Shown here piece by piece: positions 39,058-49,582 of a DNA stretch of 64,000 nt; position 1 is the first letter of the stretch, and every line of letters starts with the position of its first letter. Location of the stretch: contig CANOWY010000003.1 of NCBI GenBank assembly GCA_947571135.1, positions 11,333 through 75,332 of the forward strand, given 5' to 3'. Made by a program: the position numbers and the translations under genes. This stretch comes from an uncultured Mycoplasmatota bacterium (GTDB lineage: Bacteria > Bacillota_I > Bacilli_A > RF39 > UBA660). The notes beneath the pieces are model-generated. The model did no database searches. It saw only the letters and a program-made list of their open reading frames with translations, and had not been told where the DNA came from.

Positions 39058-39876
39058 TTATTTTTGACAAGTAGGACAATAATACGTACTTCTTCCATTG
39101 ATTTTTTCCTTTTTTATTGTGGCTTTACAAACTTTGCATTCTTCGCCCTCTTTTTTATGCACCATAAGTTCCTGTTGGAAACGCCCAGTCACTCCCAAAC
39201 TTGAGGTATAACTTTTGATTGTCGTTCCTCCAAGTTCCATGGCTCTTTTTATAATTTTTGCAGCACTCTCGACTATGTTTTGCGCCTCCTTTTTCGTAAT
39301 CTCGCTTCCTTTTTTCAATGGATTAATTTTAGAAGCAAATAAAACTTCATTGGCATAAATATTACCAAGGCCACTAATGATTGTTTGGTCTAAAAGTAGA
39401 GTTTTAATGGCAATATTTTTATTTTTAAACTTTTCTAAAAGATAAGTACTTGTTAGTTCCTTTTCTCCGGGTTCAAATCCTTGTTTTTGAATGGCTTTAT
39501 TTGTTTCTAGTTCTTCCTTTTTAATTAATTGCATTCGTCCAAATTTTCTTGTGTCATGGTATCTTAAATCGGTATTATCTTGAAAGGTCAAAATAATGTG
39601 TTCATGTTTTTCTATTGGATTGTTTTCCTTTTTCAAAAAAAATTTCCCTTCCATACGAAGGTGACTTAACAAATAATGGTTTTCTAGTTCGAAAATCAAC
39701 CACTTTCCTCGTCTTTTGATATCTATAAATTCATTATTTTTTAACACTCTTTTAAATTCTTGTATATCGGATTCAATCATTTTTTCATAAAGTACTTGGA
39801 CATTTTCAATTTTTTTATATAAAATTTGCTTTTTTAATGTATTTCGTACGGTTTCTACTTCTGCAATTTCTGGCAC
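39058..39876 (-). CDS. mutM: Formamidopyrimidine-DNA glycosylase
   Basis: MPEIAEVETVRNTLK N-terminus (catalytic Pro2, Glu3), an H2TH region and a C-terminal C4 zinc finger CKVCKATI...YYCPTCQK. Confidence 0.9.
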   Translation of the reverse strand: MPEIAEVETVRNTLKKQILYKKIENVQVLYEKMIESDIQEFKRVLKNNEFIDIKRRGKWLIFELENHYLLSHLRMEGKFFLKKENNPIEKHEHIILTFQDNTDLRYHDTRKFGRMQLIKKEELETNKAIQKQGFEPGEKELTSTYLLEKFKNKNIAIKTLLLDQTIISGLGNIYANEVLFASKINPLKKGSEITKKEAQNIVESAAKIIKRAMELGGTTIKSYTSSLGVTGRFQQELMVHKKEGEECKVCKATIKKEKINGRSTYYCPTCQK

Positions 39877-39881
39877 TTTTA

Positions 39882-41147
39882 TTACTCACTTTCTAAATAT
39901 TCTTCTAGAGTTAAATCGTTATCCATTATATGATGTGCTACTTTACTATCCTCTACAAATCGAATATGCCATGGTTCATAGTTATATTTGGTTATTTTTT
40001 CTTTATATTCTGGATAACGAATAATGAATCCATAATCGGCACAATTGTCTTTTAAAAAACTATAAAAATCATCTAGTCTCTTATCAAATCCACTTAGCCA
40101 TTCTCCTTCTTTTTTTAAGCAGACATCTATGGCTAGTCCTAATTCATGTTCACTAAATCCTGGTTTAGCAACATAATTTTTAGCGTATTCGCTTCCTTCT
40201 TCCTGTTTTATTTGGTTATATATCTTTTCTTGTAACTCTTTTGTACGATAAGCACTTTCTACCTCTGCTTTATATCCGTTTTCATGCAAAAATGTTTGAA
40301 ATTTTTTCCAAGCCAAAAATGTATTTTCTTCTATATTACTATCGTTTATACATTTTGGATATTTAGAATGATATTCGACTATCTTATAATTGCATGGGTA
40401 TTTCAGTTCAAACTCACGATTTACCAAACCCAAATATTTATGGCATGAAGAAACGAGCCAGTCAAAGAGTAAACTTTCTCTTTCTATTTCTGGATGGAAC
40501 TGCACACCAAGCAATAGACTTCCATTTTCCGTGTATTCTATGGCTTCGTATACACCATCCTTAGATTCTGCACTTATACTCATATTACTAGGAACTCTTG
40601 CAATCGCCATTCCATGCAAACTGACTACATTTAAAGTTTCTTTCTTGACTATATCAAAAAGTAAAGTATTTTTTTCTATTTTAATACTATGTCTTGCATT
40701 TTCTATAGAATCCTTTTCTTTAGTTACCATATGAAAATGGATATTACCTTCTTCTAATTTTTTTAAATACGGATTCGTTTCTTTATTAATTTCGTAGGTT
40801 TCTTGAAATGTTTTTTCAGGACTTTTTTGTTGGTCTTCATAAATATTTAAAGCAGTGGCTAATGCTTGCGCTCCTAAACAGACGCCTAATAGAGGTTTTT
40901 TATTTTGAATTGCATCTTTTATTATTGGTATATATTCTTTTAAAATCTTATTCCCACCAGGCCATATATATCCATCACAAATAGAAGTAAATGATTCTAC
41001 ATCTCCTAGAATACCAATAGGAATACCTCCACTTTTTTCAATTTTCTCACTATACATAGTTACAAAATTTGCCTTATCTTGGTAAGGATCTGTTTCACTA
41101 TAAACAAATGTTGGAATAATTCCAATAATTGGTTTTTTCTTAAGCAT
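39882..41147 (-). CDS. Fusion protein: N-terminal class-I glutamine amidotransferase-like peptidase (C26 / gamma-glutamyl hydrolase-like), C-terminal VanY/M15 D-Ala-D-Ala carboxypeptidase domain
   Basis: N-half: PIIGIIP...GGIPIGILGD...LLGVCLGAQALA (Cys nucleophile elbow) and HGMA. C-half: SAYRTKELQ...AKPGFSEHELGLAIDV...YGFIIRYP (VanY SxHxxGxAxD signature) and EPWHIRFV. Confidence 0.6.
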   Translation of the reverse strand: MLKKKPIIGIIPTFVYSETDPYQDKANFVTMYSEKIEKSGGIPIGILGDVESFTSICDGYIWPGGNKILKEYIPIIKDAIQNKKPLLGVCLGAQALATALNIYEDQQKSPEKTFQETYEINKETNPYLKKLEEGNIHFHMVTKEKDSIENARHSIKIEKNTLLFDIVKKETLNVVSLHGMAIARVPSNMSISAESKDGVYEAIEYTENGSLLLGVQFHPEIERESLLFDWLVSSCHKYLGLVNREFELKYPCNYKIVEYHSKYPKCINDSNIEENTFLAWKKFQTFLHENGYKAEVESAYRTKELQEKIYNQIKQEEGSEYAKNYVAKPGFSEHELGLAIDVCLKKEGEWLSGFDKRLDDFYSFLKDNCADYGFIIRYPEYKEKITKYNYEPWHIRFVEDSKVAHHIMDNDLTLEEYLESE

Positions 41148-41164
41148 AAAAGCACTTCTCCCTT

Positions 41165-41674
41165 CTAATTACCATTTTCTTTGATTTCCTTTTGATTTAT
41201 TATCTTTACTAATTTATTGAATTCGATAAAATTCTTTTTATAAGGAACATGAATAAAAATTACTTTAGTTTGTTTTTCTGTACTATTCAAATATTTTAAA
41301 ACATGATAATAGGCATAATTACAATGAGATGTTCCTGGATTTCTACTTATTTTATAAGATATATTATTTTTCTTTAAATAATACATTAGTTCTTCTAGTG
41401 GAAAATTTGTTTCTAAAACATCCTGCATTTGTTTGCATATTATTTCTATGCTTAATTGTTTTATTAATGGCTTTTGCCCAAACATAATAACATAATCGTA
41501 TTCTTCTTTTAAAAACAACTTACCAATTTCATCATTTATTGTTGAATAATCATTTGTAAAAAGAAATCTTGAATAAACACTCGATAGCATTCCCAATAAA
41601 GTAGCCGAAGAAGTGTTTTTAAATCCTGTAAACAATATTCTATTTTGTCTCATACCAATCCTTACCATAATCAC
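41165..41674 (-). CDS. Pyroglutamyl-peptidase I (C15)-like protein, short form
   Basis: ILFTGFKNTS...GTSHCNYAYYHVL...IFIHVPY resembles the Pcp motifs (TGF, GxxxCN, FIHVP). 169 aa is shorter than typical Pcp. The N-terminus overlaps the polA 3' end. Confidence 0.4.
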   Translation of the reverse strand: MIMVRIGMRQNRILFTGFKNTSSATLLGMLSSVYSRFLFTNDYSTINDEIGKLFLKEEYDYVIMFGQKPLIKQLSIEIICKQMQDVLETNFPLEELMYYLKKNNISYKISRNPGTSHCNYAYYHVLKYLNSTEKQTKVIFIHVPYKKNFIEFNKLVKIINQKEIKENGN

Positions 41675-44225
41675 TACTTACTTTAAGGGGAACAGACAAA
41701 TGAATGGCGTTCGTCATTTTTTCCGTTACAATTTTAGTTACAATTTCTTTTTCACTTTCTAATAAATCTATAATAAGTTCGTCGTGCACTTGGATAACTA
41801 ATTTACTTTTTATATTAAGGCGTTCAAATTCTTCGTAGATTTCAATCATAGCCTTTTTAATAATATCTGCACTGGTGCCTTGAATCGGCGTATTTAGAGC
41901 AATTCTTTCTCCTGCCTGACGTACCATATAATTACTGGCATTTAACTCTTCAATGACTCTTTTTCGATTAAATAAGGTACGAACAGAGCCATTTTTATAG
42001 GCTTCAGCAACAATTTCATCCATGTAGTTTTTCACTCCTGGATAAAGTTCATAATATTTTTCAATAAATTGTTTGGCCTCTTTTTGACTTATTTCCAAGT
42101 TTTCTCCTAAACCAAAACCACTAATTCCATACACTATCCCAAAAATAACGGCTTTGGCAGTAGAACGCATTTGTTTTGTAACAGCAATTTCAGGTATACC
42201 ATGAATATCTGCAGCCACTTTTGTATGAATATCCATATTGCTATTAAAAGCATCAATTAATTCTTGGCATTTCGATATATGCGCAAGTATGCGGAGTTCT
42301 ATTTGAGAGTAATCCGCACTTAAAAAACAATCGTTAGTAGGAAGGAAGGCTTTTCTTATTTTTCTTCCTCCTTCGTCTCTTATTGGAATATTTTGAATAT
42401 TAGGTTCTACGGAAGAAAGTCTACCTGTTCTAGTTAAAGTCTGTTTAAAAATGGTATGGACTTTCCCATCCTCCTGAATAAAGTTTTCTAATCCCTCTAC
42501 ATAGATAGAATAAATTTTAGAAATATTACGATATTCTAATACTTTTTCAATAACAGGATGGCTTCCAAGCAATTTGTGCATGACTTTTACATCGGTTTTA
42601 TAGCCTTTTTGGGTCTTCACACCTCCTGGTAATCCTAATTTTAAAAATAAAATCTCTCCTAGTTGTTTGGTACTCGCTATATTAAATTCTTCTCCTACCA
42701 AATTGTATATATCATGGGATACTCGATCAATTTTAACTTTTAATTCGCATTTCATTTCCTCTAATATGGTTTTATCTACTTTTACGCCCGTAAGTTCCAT
42801 GTCCGCAAGCACTTTTAATAATGGCATTTCGATAGATTTATATAAATCATACATTTCTTCTCGTTTTAATTCTACAATAAATTTTTCATTTTCTTCTAAA
42901 ATAAATTTACTTTTTAGTAACATATCTTGCTTTACTTTCTCTAGTTCATAATTATTTTTGGCAATTGTATCTTCATATAAATCGACATCGTATCCTTCTG
43001 GTTTCATAAGGTAGGCTAAATCATCTTTAATCGTATAGTTTAAAAGATAAGATGATAACATCAAATCTTCTTCTACTTTTGGGGCTTTTAGTCCTAATCT
43101 ATGAAGGGCCACTATATTTTTCTTTTGATCGAAGGTGTATATATTTTTTTCCTTTAAAAGACTTAAAACATCTGCTATTAAATCTTTTTTTATAAAATAA
43201 GTATTGCTTTTATCTCTAATAGTCATACCCAAAATATTGCCAATATGATAATTGACATTGTCCATTTCTATATAATAGGACACCGTATCTTCTAATTTTA
43301 TCTGCTCAATACTCTCTACATCTATATAATTTTCTATAGTAGGAGAGGATTCTTTCTTATTCATTTTTTTTAAAAAGGAATAAAACTCTAATTCTTCATA
43401 TAAAGAATATAAGGCATCTCCTGTAGCAGTTTCTCCTTCGTATTTTAAGTCTTCTAGAGACTTAATCTCTAAAGGAACTTCGTTATAGATAGTGGCTATT
43501 TCCTTACTAATAAAAGCCATTTCTTTGTCCATTAACAATTTTTCTTTCATTTTTCCTTTTATATTCTCTATATTTTCATAGATTCCTTCAATTGTTTTAT
43601 ATGTGGCTAGTAAAGTTAATGCTGTTTTTTCTCCAATACCTTTTACTCCTGGAATATTATCAGAGGAATCTCCTGCTAGTGCTTTTAAATCAATCACATG
43701 AATAGGCTCAATTTTGTATTCAGCAAAAAAAGTAATTGGATTATAACGAATATGTCCTTTTTGCTTTAACAGTTTAATATCAACTTGTTCATTTATTAAT
43801 TGTAATAAATCTTTATCGCTTGAGATAATGGTTGCAATAAAATTGTCGTCTTCTACAACTTTTTTAGAAAGGGTACCAATAATGTCATCGGCTTCGAAAG
43901 GCGCAAGTTCAAAGTGTTTAATTCCCATAGCATCAAGCACTTTTCTTGCGTATGGCATTTGTTTAATTAAATCCTCTGGTGTTTCTTTTCTCCCATCTTT
44001 ATAAAAAGCATACTTTTCTGCTCTAAAATTCTTACCAATATCAAACGCTACGGCAATGTATTCTGGATTTTCCTCTTCAATTATTTTGTGCATCATAGAA
44101 ACAAATCCATACAAGGCATTCGTTGGAAATCCTTTACTATTACGCATGATCGATCCTGAGTATGCTGTTGCATAATAACTCCTAAACAATAAATTATTTC
44201 CATCTACTAATATTAACTTTTTCAT
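41640..44225 (-). CDS. polA: DNA polymerase I
   Basis: 861 aa with a 5'-3' exonuclease N-terminus (MKKLILVDGNNLLFRSYYA) and polymerase motifs (DYSQIELRILAH, KAVIFGIVYGIS, VHDELI). Confidence 0.9.
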   Translation of the reverse strand: MKKLILVDGNNLLFRSYYATAYSGSIMRNSKGFPTNALYGFVSMMHKIIEEENPEYIAVAFDIGKNFRAEKYAFYKDGRKETPEDLIKQMPYARKVLDAMGIKHFELAPFEADDIIGTLSKKVVEDDNFIATIISSDKDLLQLINEQVDIKLLKQKGHIRYNPITFFAEYKIEPIHVIDLKALAGDSSDNIPGVKGIGEKTALTLLATYKTIEGIYENIENIKGKMKEKLLMDKEMAFISKEIATIYNEVPLEIKSLEDLKYEGETATGDALYSLYEELEFYSFLKKMNKKESSPTIENYIDVESIEQIKLEDTVSYYIEMDNVNYHIGNILGMTIRDKSNTYFIKKDLIADVLSLLKEKNIYTFDQKKNIVALHRLGLKAPKVEEDLMLSSYLLNYTIKDDLAYLMKPEGYDVDLYEDTIAKNNYELEKVKQDMLLKSKFILEENEKFIVELKREEMYDLYKSIEMPLLKVLADMELTGVKVDKTILEEMKCELKVKIDRVSHDIYNLVGEEFNIASTKQLGEILFLKLGLPGGVKTQKGYKTDVKVMHKLLGSHPVIEKVLEYRNISKIYSIYVEGLENFIQEDGKVHTIFKQTLTRTGRLSSVEPNIQNIPIRDEGGRKIRKAFLPTNDCFLSADYSQIELRILAHISKCQELIDAFNSNMDIHTKVAADIHGIPEIAVTKQMRSTAKAVIFGIVYGISGFGLGENLEISQKEAKQFIEKYYELYPGVKNYMDEIVAEAYKNGSVRTLFNRKRVIEELNASNYMVRQAGERIALNTPIQGTSADIIKKAMIEIYEEFERLNIKSKLVIQVHDELIIDLLESEKEIVTKIVTEKMTNAIHLSVPLKVSSDYGKDWYETK

Positions 44226-44506
44226 TTACTTCCTCCATATATCACTATATAAATCCATTATAACATTTAATTTTCTAAATAAAAGAAAAAGAACTAGTAT
44301 TTTTAACAGGTTCTTCATACTTTACTTCTTTTATTTTAACACTAACTTCATAGGAAAAACATCTATAATCTTTAAAAACATTTTTAAAGGTATTTATTGG
44401 TATGGATCCTCATATCTAGAATATTATTGTGGTGTTATCTCTAACTTACTTTCGAGTTCTTTTTGCGCATAACCGCAACTTTTACCTATTTCTTTTATAT
44501 TTTTTT

Positions 44507-44611
44507 TCAGTACTTCTTAGATTTTCTTACCCTTTTAATGTCCCCTCCTCCCAAGTTTATTCCTGAAGTTAGGAGGGCTTTCTTTTCGTCTTCCTTCTAT
44601 CTTAAATTCAT
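44507..44611 (-). pseudogene. Degenerate 5' fragment homologous to the start of the 346-aa gene (interrupted G tract, in-frame stops)
   Basis: Minus strand reads ATGAATTTAAGATAG|AAGGAAGACGAAAAGAAAGCCCTCCTAACTTCAGGAATAAACTTGGGAGGAGGGGAC... It aligns at about 80 % nucleotide identity with 35680-35740. It encodes KKALLTSGINLGGGD versus KKRNLPTSGTRLGGGI and has a TAG at codon 5. Confidence 0.45.
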
Positions 44612-44642
44612 TATAAATTATTTTTTTTGATTTTCAATTATC

Positions 44643-44665
44643 AAAAAAGGAAGAATCTTTCTTCC
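44643..44665 (-). terminator. Intrinsic terminator after polC
   Basis: ggaagaa-tct-ttcttcc (a 7-bp stem) directly after the polC stop, followed on the minus strand by UUUUUU. Confidence 0.6.
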
Positions 44666-47600
44666 TTAAAACAAACTTAATTGACTTGTTTCTGGCATTC
44701 CTTCAAAAATACCCATGATTCGCATTTTTTCAATAGTAGATTGGTTTACTTTACCACGATTGCTAAAGTCTTCCACACTATAAAATTGTTTCTGCACTCT
44801 TTCTTCCATAATTTTAGTGGCAACTGCATCTCCAAGTCCATCCAAACTTCTAAAAGGAAGGATTAAAGCATTTTCATCTTCTACCATGACAAAATTGTTA
44901 CCATCGCTTTCTCGAATATCAATCATTTTAAAACGAACTCCTCGAGCACTTGCCTCAAGTGCAAGTTTTAGCGTTTCCAATAAAGACGCATCTTTATTGG
45001 TTGCCTCATGCCCTTTGCTTTGAATATCCAAAATTTTGGCCTTAATCGCATCATAACCTTTCACCATCGCATCAGGATCAAAATCTTGAAATCTGGTAGA
45101 AAAATAAGTGCAATAATAGACTAATGGTTTATGAACCTTATACCAGGCTATACGAAAAGCACTTGTAACATAGGCTGCAGCATGGGCTTTGGGGAACATA
45201 TATTTGATTTTTTGACAAGAAGTAATGTACCAATCTGGGATATTATACTCTTTTAAGGTATTTGCATGTTCTGCCCAAACATCAGGCTCTCTACTCGCTT
45301 TTCCTTTACGAACAAATTCCATGATTTTAAACGCCTTAATAGGCGGTACACCCTTATTCATAAGTTCCACCATGATATCATCACGACATCCTATAACATC
45401 TTTAAATGGGCATATATTGTTTTGTACCAAATCTTGTGCATTTCCAAGCCACACATCGGTTCCATGAGCAAGACCTGATATTTTTACTAGTTCGGCAAAA
45501 GTAGTCGGCTTTGCATCTTTTACTAGTTGTATCGTAAAGGGAGTACCAAACTCAGGAACACCAAGAGTCCCTGTATCACACATAATCTCTTCTTTCGTGA
45601 CACCTAAAGAATCCGTTCCTGTAAATAATGCCATCGTTTCTTTATCATCTAATGGTACTTCTGTTACATCGTCTCCAGTTAAGTCTTGAATCATACGAAG
45701 TTGGGTTGGATCTGTATGTCCCAAAATATCTAATTTTAAAACATCGGCATCTATAGCATGGTAATCAAAATGAGTAGTTCGCCACGCACTAGTAGGATCT
45801 TCTGCTGGGAACTGAAAAGGTGTAAAATCGGCTACCTCCATATAATCAGGAATAACAACGATTCCTCCTGGGTGCTGTCCAGTAGTTCTTTTAACACCTG
45901 TACAACCTTTTGCTAAACGTTCTGTTTCAATGTTACGCATTATAATGCCTTTTTCTTCACAATACCCTTTTACATACCCGTAAGCCGTTTTTTCGGCGAC
46001 AGTACCAATTGTTCCAGCACGATAAACATTATCTACTCCAAATAGTACTTTGGTATATTCATGGGCACTGGCTTGATTTAAATCAGAGAAGTTAAGATCA
46101 ATATCTGGTACCTTATCAGCATTAAATCCTAAGAATGTAGCAAAAGGAATATCATGACCATCTTTGGTCATTTTTTCTCCACACTCTGGACAATTCTTAT
46201 CTGGAAGATCAAAGCCACAAGAATACATAACACCTAAAGGCTCTCCCTTTTCATCATTAAATATACTATTCTTACATTTTGGACAACGATAATGAGCAGG
46301 CATACTATTCACTTCCGTAATTCCCATCATATTGGCTACAAATGAGGACCCAACTGATCCACGAGAACCTACTAAGAACCCCTCATCATTAGAATGCTTC
46401 ACTAACTTTTGCGCAATCAAATAAATAACATCATAGTTAGCCCCAATGATTCCACCTAGTTTTTTGAATGCTAGTTTATCCATTTCATCTTCGGTTTTCT
46501 CTTGTATATCTTCCTCTGCTAAATGCTTCTTCACCATATCTTTAACGGCTTCTTTTCCTTTTAAAATCGTCTCATGAATTAAAGCAAAAGCCTTTGCTTC
46601 ATCACTTTCTTCATTCTTACAAGCCTGAATTAATGCATCTCCATACAACTCTTTGGCAAGTCTCTCTTCAATATTTAAAGGCAAAGGACTTCCATACAAT
46701 TCATCTGCTTTGGTATAAACCAACTCTGTCATAGTTTCCACAGAATGAGGAATTTTTGGAGCAAATGGATTAGGGGTATCAATAATAACTTCAATTTCTT
46801 CCACTTTTCCAGCAATTTTATTTGGATTATCAATAATAATCTCTTTACGCGTTTCTTCATCTAAAAATGAAAAATCCTCCATCATCTCTTCTGTAGTTTT
46901 TAAATATTGATTAGGAACTTCAATTCCTTTTCTTTTTAAAGGATGCAATTTGCCATTGAATTTTTGGTTAATAATAATTTCGCGATAAATTTTATCTTCC
47001 TTTTTTAAATTATGAACATCCCCTGTTGCCACCACTGGTTTTCCGGCTTCTTTGGCAACTCTAATAATTCTTTTTAAATACTCTTCTGCCGCAGAAACAC
47101 TTGGAAATTTTGCATCTGCTCCTATCAAATGCGAAAAAGCGCTAATAGGTTGCACTTCAATGTAATCATAAAAACTCATCATGTTTACTAACTCTTCATC
47201 TTCTTTTCCAGAAGCCTTATCAAAAATTTCTCCATGAATACAGCCAGAACCAATAAGTAATCCTTCTCGTAACGCTTCTACTTCTTTTCTTGGAATTTTA
47301 GGTTGTTCATTTTTATACAAATATTTCGTATTCGCAATCGAAACAATTTTAAATAAATTTTTAAGACCTGGTCTATCTTTTGCGATTAAAGTAGCATGGA
47401 AAGGAAAAGCAAAACGAACCAAAGACTCCATATCGATATTGGCAAGTAAATCATCTGTTGTACTGATATTTTGGTCATAAAGGGCTTTTGCCATTTTGTG
47501 AAATGCAAGTGCCGTTCCTTCTGCATCATAATCCGCTCTATGGTGTTTTTCTTCATCCCAAGGAATGTCTAGTTTTTTAGTTAATGTTTGTAATTTATGA

Positions 47601-49540
47601 TTAGGCCACTCAGGATGAAGCATTCGAGCCATACTCATTGTATCTAAAACTGTCGCATTAAATTCTTTAAAATGATACTTATTACAAGCCGCTCTCATAA
47701 AAGAGATATCAAACTTTGCATTATGCGCGACCATTGGCAAATCTCCTACCCAATCTAAGAAACGTTTTGTAACATTTTCCTCTGAATCTTTTCCCGCTAA
47801 CATTTCATCCGTAATAAATGTAAGTTCTGTAATTTTTTTAGGAATGGGACGATGAGGATCAATTAACTCATCAAAACGATCTACTATTTTCCCACTCGCT
47901 ATTTTTACGGCACCAATCTCAATCATTTGGTCACTTCCCGCATAAAATCCTGTTGTTTCGGTATCAAATACAACAAATGTATCTTCCAATAAATTATAAG
48001 TACAATTATTTACAATAATATCAACATCATCGGCAACTACATTCATTTCTGCCCCATATAAAACTTTAAAACGATCCTGTTCTTCCCTCCCCTTGTTATA
48101 ATCACATACGGCATGATAAAGGTCTGGGAAGGCTTGTACACAGTTATGATCTGTTACGGCAATGGCTTTTTGCCCAATTTTAATAGCGTGTTTTACTAAA
48201 GTTTTTGCATCAATCACACCATCCATAGCACTCATCATCGTATGCGTATGTAACTCTATTCTAGGATTATCGGTTTGTTCCATTGTAATCTCATCTTTCG
48301 ATTCAATACTTTCATATTTTAAAATGGTAAGCACTAAATCTTTAGCAAAGTCATCTCGCTTTACATTCCCCTGAAAACGATACCAAGCCCCTTCTTTCAA
48401 ATCCTTAACAATACTACGAAATTCTTCTTTTTCATTAGGTCTTTTAAATACTTTCGCAAGCAAACTATTTGTTTTGTCACTAATCTTTAAAGTAAGAATA
48501 TTTATCTTTTCATGTTCCATAACGTCTTTTCCAAAAATATAGGCTTCAAGTGTAATATTGGCAATATCTCCCATAATATTATCAATCGCCGTTACATTCC
48601 CTGTAATAGGGCCTTCATTCATTGACTTAGGAGAAATTTCTTGTTTTTCAATCGTTTCTTCTTCCTTATCTAAGGACATAAAATCATTTACAGTTAGAAT
48701 TAAAGCGTTAGCATAAGAATCTTGTTTTATTCTTCCTGAAAAACGATACCAAAAGCCTTCCCTAAATTCTTCTTTTAATTTTTTAAATTCTTCTAGTTCA
48801 CTCGGTTTTTTAAAAATTTTAACAGATAATTGACTGGTTTTATCACTGATTTTTAATGTAATAATATTCACTTTCTCATGTTCCAAAGTATTCATTTCTA
48901 AAACATAACCTTCTATAATGGCTTTTCGAATAGGCTTTTTTATTGTTTCTAAAGAAGTGACTTCTCCTTCTAATAATTCTACATCTGATTGTTTTGGGCT
49001 TGAAAGAATAACAGGAATTTCTGCCGTCTTATTTTTTTCTATATCTTCCTTTACTTCTCTATTTAATTCTTCGTTTAAAATACTGGTAAGTTCGTATTCT
49101 CCTAATCCATAAGAATAAAGTTTAGACGTAATTCCTTTTGCTTCTTTTTTTACTTCTGCTTCTTCCATACGAGTACTCACCTCAAGTGTAATAATTTCAT
49201 CTTCGATTGTCACTAGAGCGTCCATTAAATTCACTAAAGATGGTCTTTTTTTCGTCAAATCTTTAATACAATCTTTTAAATACACTAAAATATCATCATG
49301 AGAAATTTCATCATACACAAAATGAATCGCACACTCTTTTTCTTGATTGATTTTATTCATAGAGGCTTTTAGAATTTCTTTGGCAATAGAAATAGGCAAT
49401 ACTGCTTGGAACTCTAAATAAACTTCAAATATATTTTTTTGTTTTAAATAAATCACTTTTTGGACACTAGCCCCTTCAAAGTCACTTTCTTTAAAGGCAT
49501 AGTTTATACTTGTAAAAAAACGCTTTAACTCTTCTGTCAT
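44666..49540 (-). CDS. polC: DNA polymerase III PolC-type (Gram-positive replicative polymerase)
   Basis: 1624 aa with OB domains, PHP, an inserted DEDDh exonuclease (FVVFDTETTG...HNAKFDISFM...HRADYDAEG), a Zn finger and the pol III alpha core. RBS aaggag. Confidence 0.95.
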   Translation of the reverse strand: MTEELKRFFTSINYAFKESDFEGASVQKVIYLKQKNIFEVYLEFQAVLPISIAKEILKASMNKINQEKECAIHFVYDEISHDDILVYLKDCIKDLTKKRPSLVNLMDALVTIEDEIITLEVSTRMEEAEVKKEAKGITSKLYSYGLGEYELTSILNEELNREVKEDIEKNKTAEIPVILSSPKQSDVELLEGEVTSLETIKKPIRKAIIEGYVLEMNTLEHEKVNIITLKISDKTSQLSVKIFKKPSELEEFKKLKEEFREGFWYRFSGRIKQDSYANALILTVNDFMSLDKEEETIEKQEISPKSMNEGPITGNVTAIDNIMGDIANITLEAYIFGKDVMEHEKINILTLKISDKTNSLLAKVFKRPNEKEEFRSIVKDLKEGAWYRFQGNVKRDDFAKDLVLTILKYESIESKDEITMEQTDNPRIELHTHTMMSAMDGVIDAKTLVKHAIKIGQKAIAVTDHNCVQAFPDLYHAVCDYNKGREEQDRFKVLYGAEMNVVADDVDIIVNNCTYNLLEDTFVVFDTETTGFYAGSDQMIEIGAVKIASGKIVDRFDELIDPHRPIPKKITELTFITDEMLAGKDSEENVTKRFLDWVGDLPMVAHNAKFDISFMRAACNKYHFKEFNATVLDTMSMARMLHPEWPNHKLQTLTKKLDIPWDEEKHHRADYDAEGTALAFHKMAKALYDQNISTTDDLLANIDMESLVRFAFPFHATLIAKDRPGLKNLFKIVSIANTKYLYKNEQPKIPRKEVEALREGLLIGSGCIHGEIFDKASGKEDEELVNMMSFYDYIEVQPISAFSHLIGADAKFPSVSAAEEYLKRIIRVAKEAGKPVVATGDVHNLKKEDKIYREIIINQKFNGKLHPLKRKGIEVPNQYLKTTEEMMEDFSFLDEETRKEIIIDNPNKIAGKVEEIEVIIDTPNPFAPKIPHSVETMTELVYTKADELYGSPLPLNIEERLAKELYGDALIQACKNEESDEAKAFALIHETILKGKEAVKDMVKKHLAEEDIQEKTEDEMDKLAFKKLGGIIGANYDVIYLIAQKLVKHSNDEGFLVGSRGSVGSSFVANMMGITEVNSMPAHYRCPKCKNSIFNDEKGEPLGVMYSCGFDLPDKNCPECGEKMTKDGHDIPFATFLGFNADKVPDIDLNFSDLNQASAHEYTKVLFGVDNVYRAGTIGTVAEKTAYGYVKGYCEEKGIIMRNIETERLAKGCTGVKRTTGQHPGGIVVIPDYMEVADFTPFQFPAEDPTSAWRTTHFDYHAIDADVLKLDILGHTDPTQLRMIQDLTGDDVTEVPLDDKETMALFTGTDSLGVTKEEIMCDTGTLGVPEFGTPFTIQLVKDAKPTTFAELVKISGLAHGTDVWLGNAQDLVQNNICPFKDVIGCRDDIMVELMNKGVPPIKAFKIMEFVRKGKASREPDVWAEHANTLKEYNIPDWYITSCQKIKYMFPKAHAAAYVTSAFRIAWYKVHKPLVYYCTYFSTRFQDFDPDAMVKGYDAIKAKILDIQSKGHEATNKDASLLETLKLALEASARGVRFKMIDIRESDGNNFVMVEDENALILPFRSLDGLGDAVATKIMEERVQKQFYSVEDFSNRGKVNQSTIEKMRIMGIFEGMPETSQLSLF

Positions 49541-49582
49541 ACTTTAACTCCTTTACTTATAAATTTTCAAAAACAAAATTCA

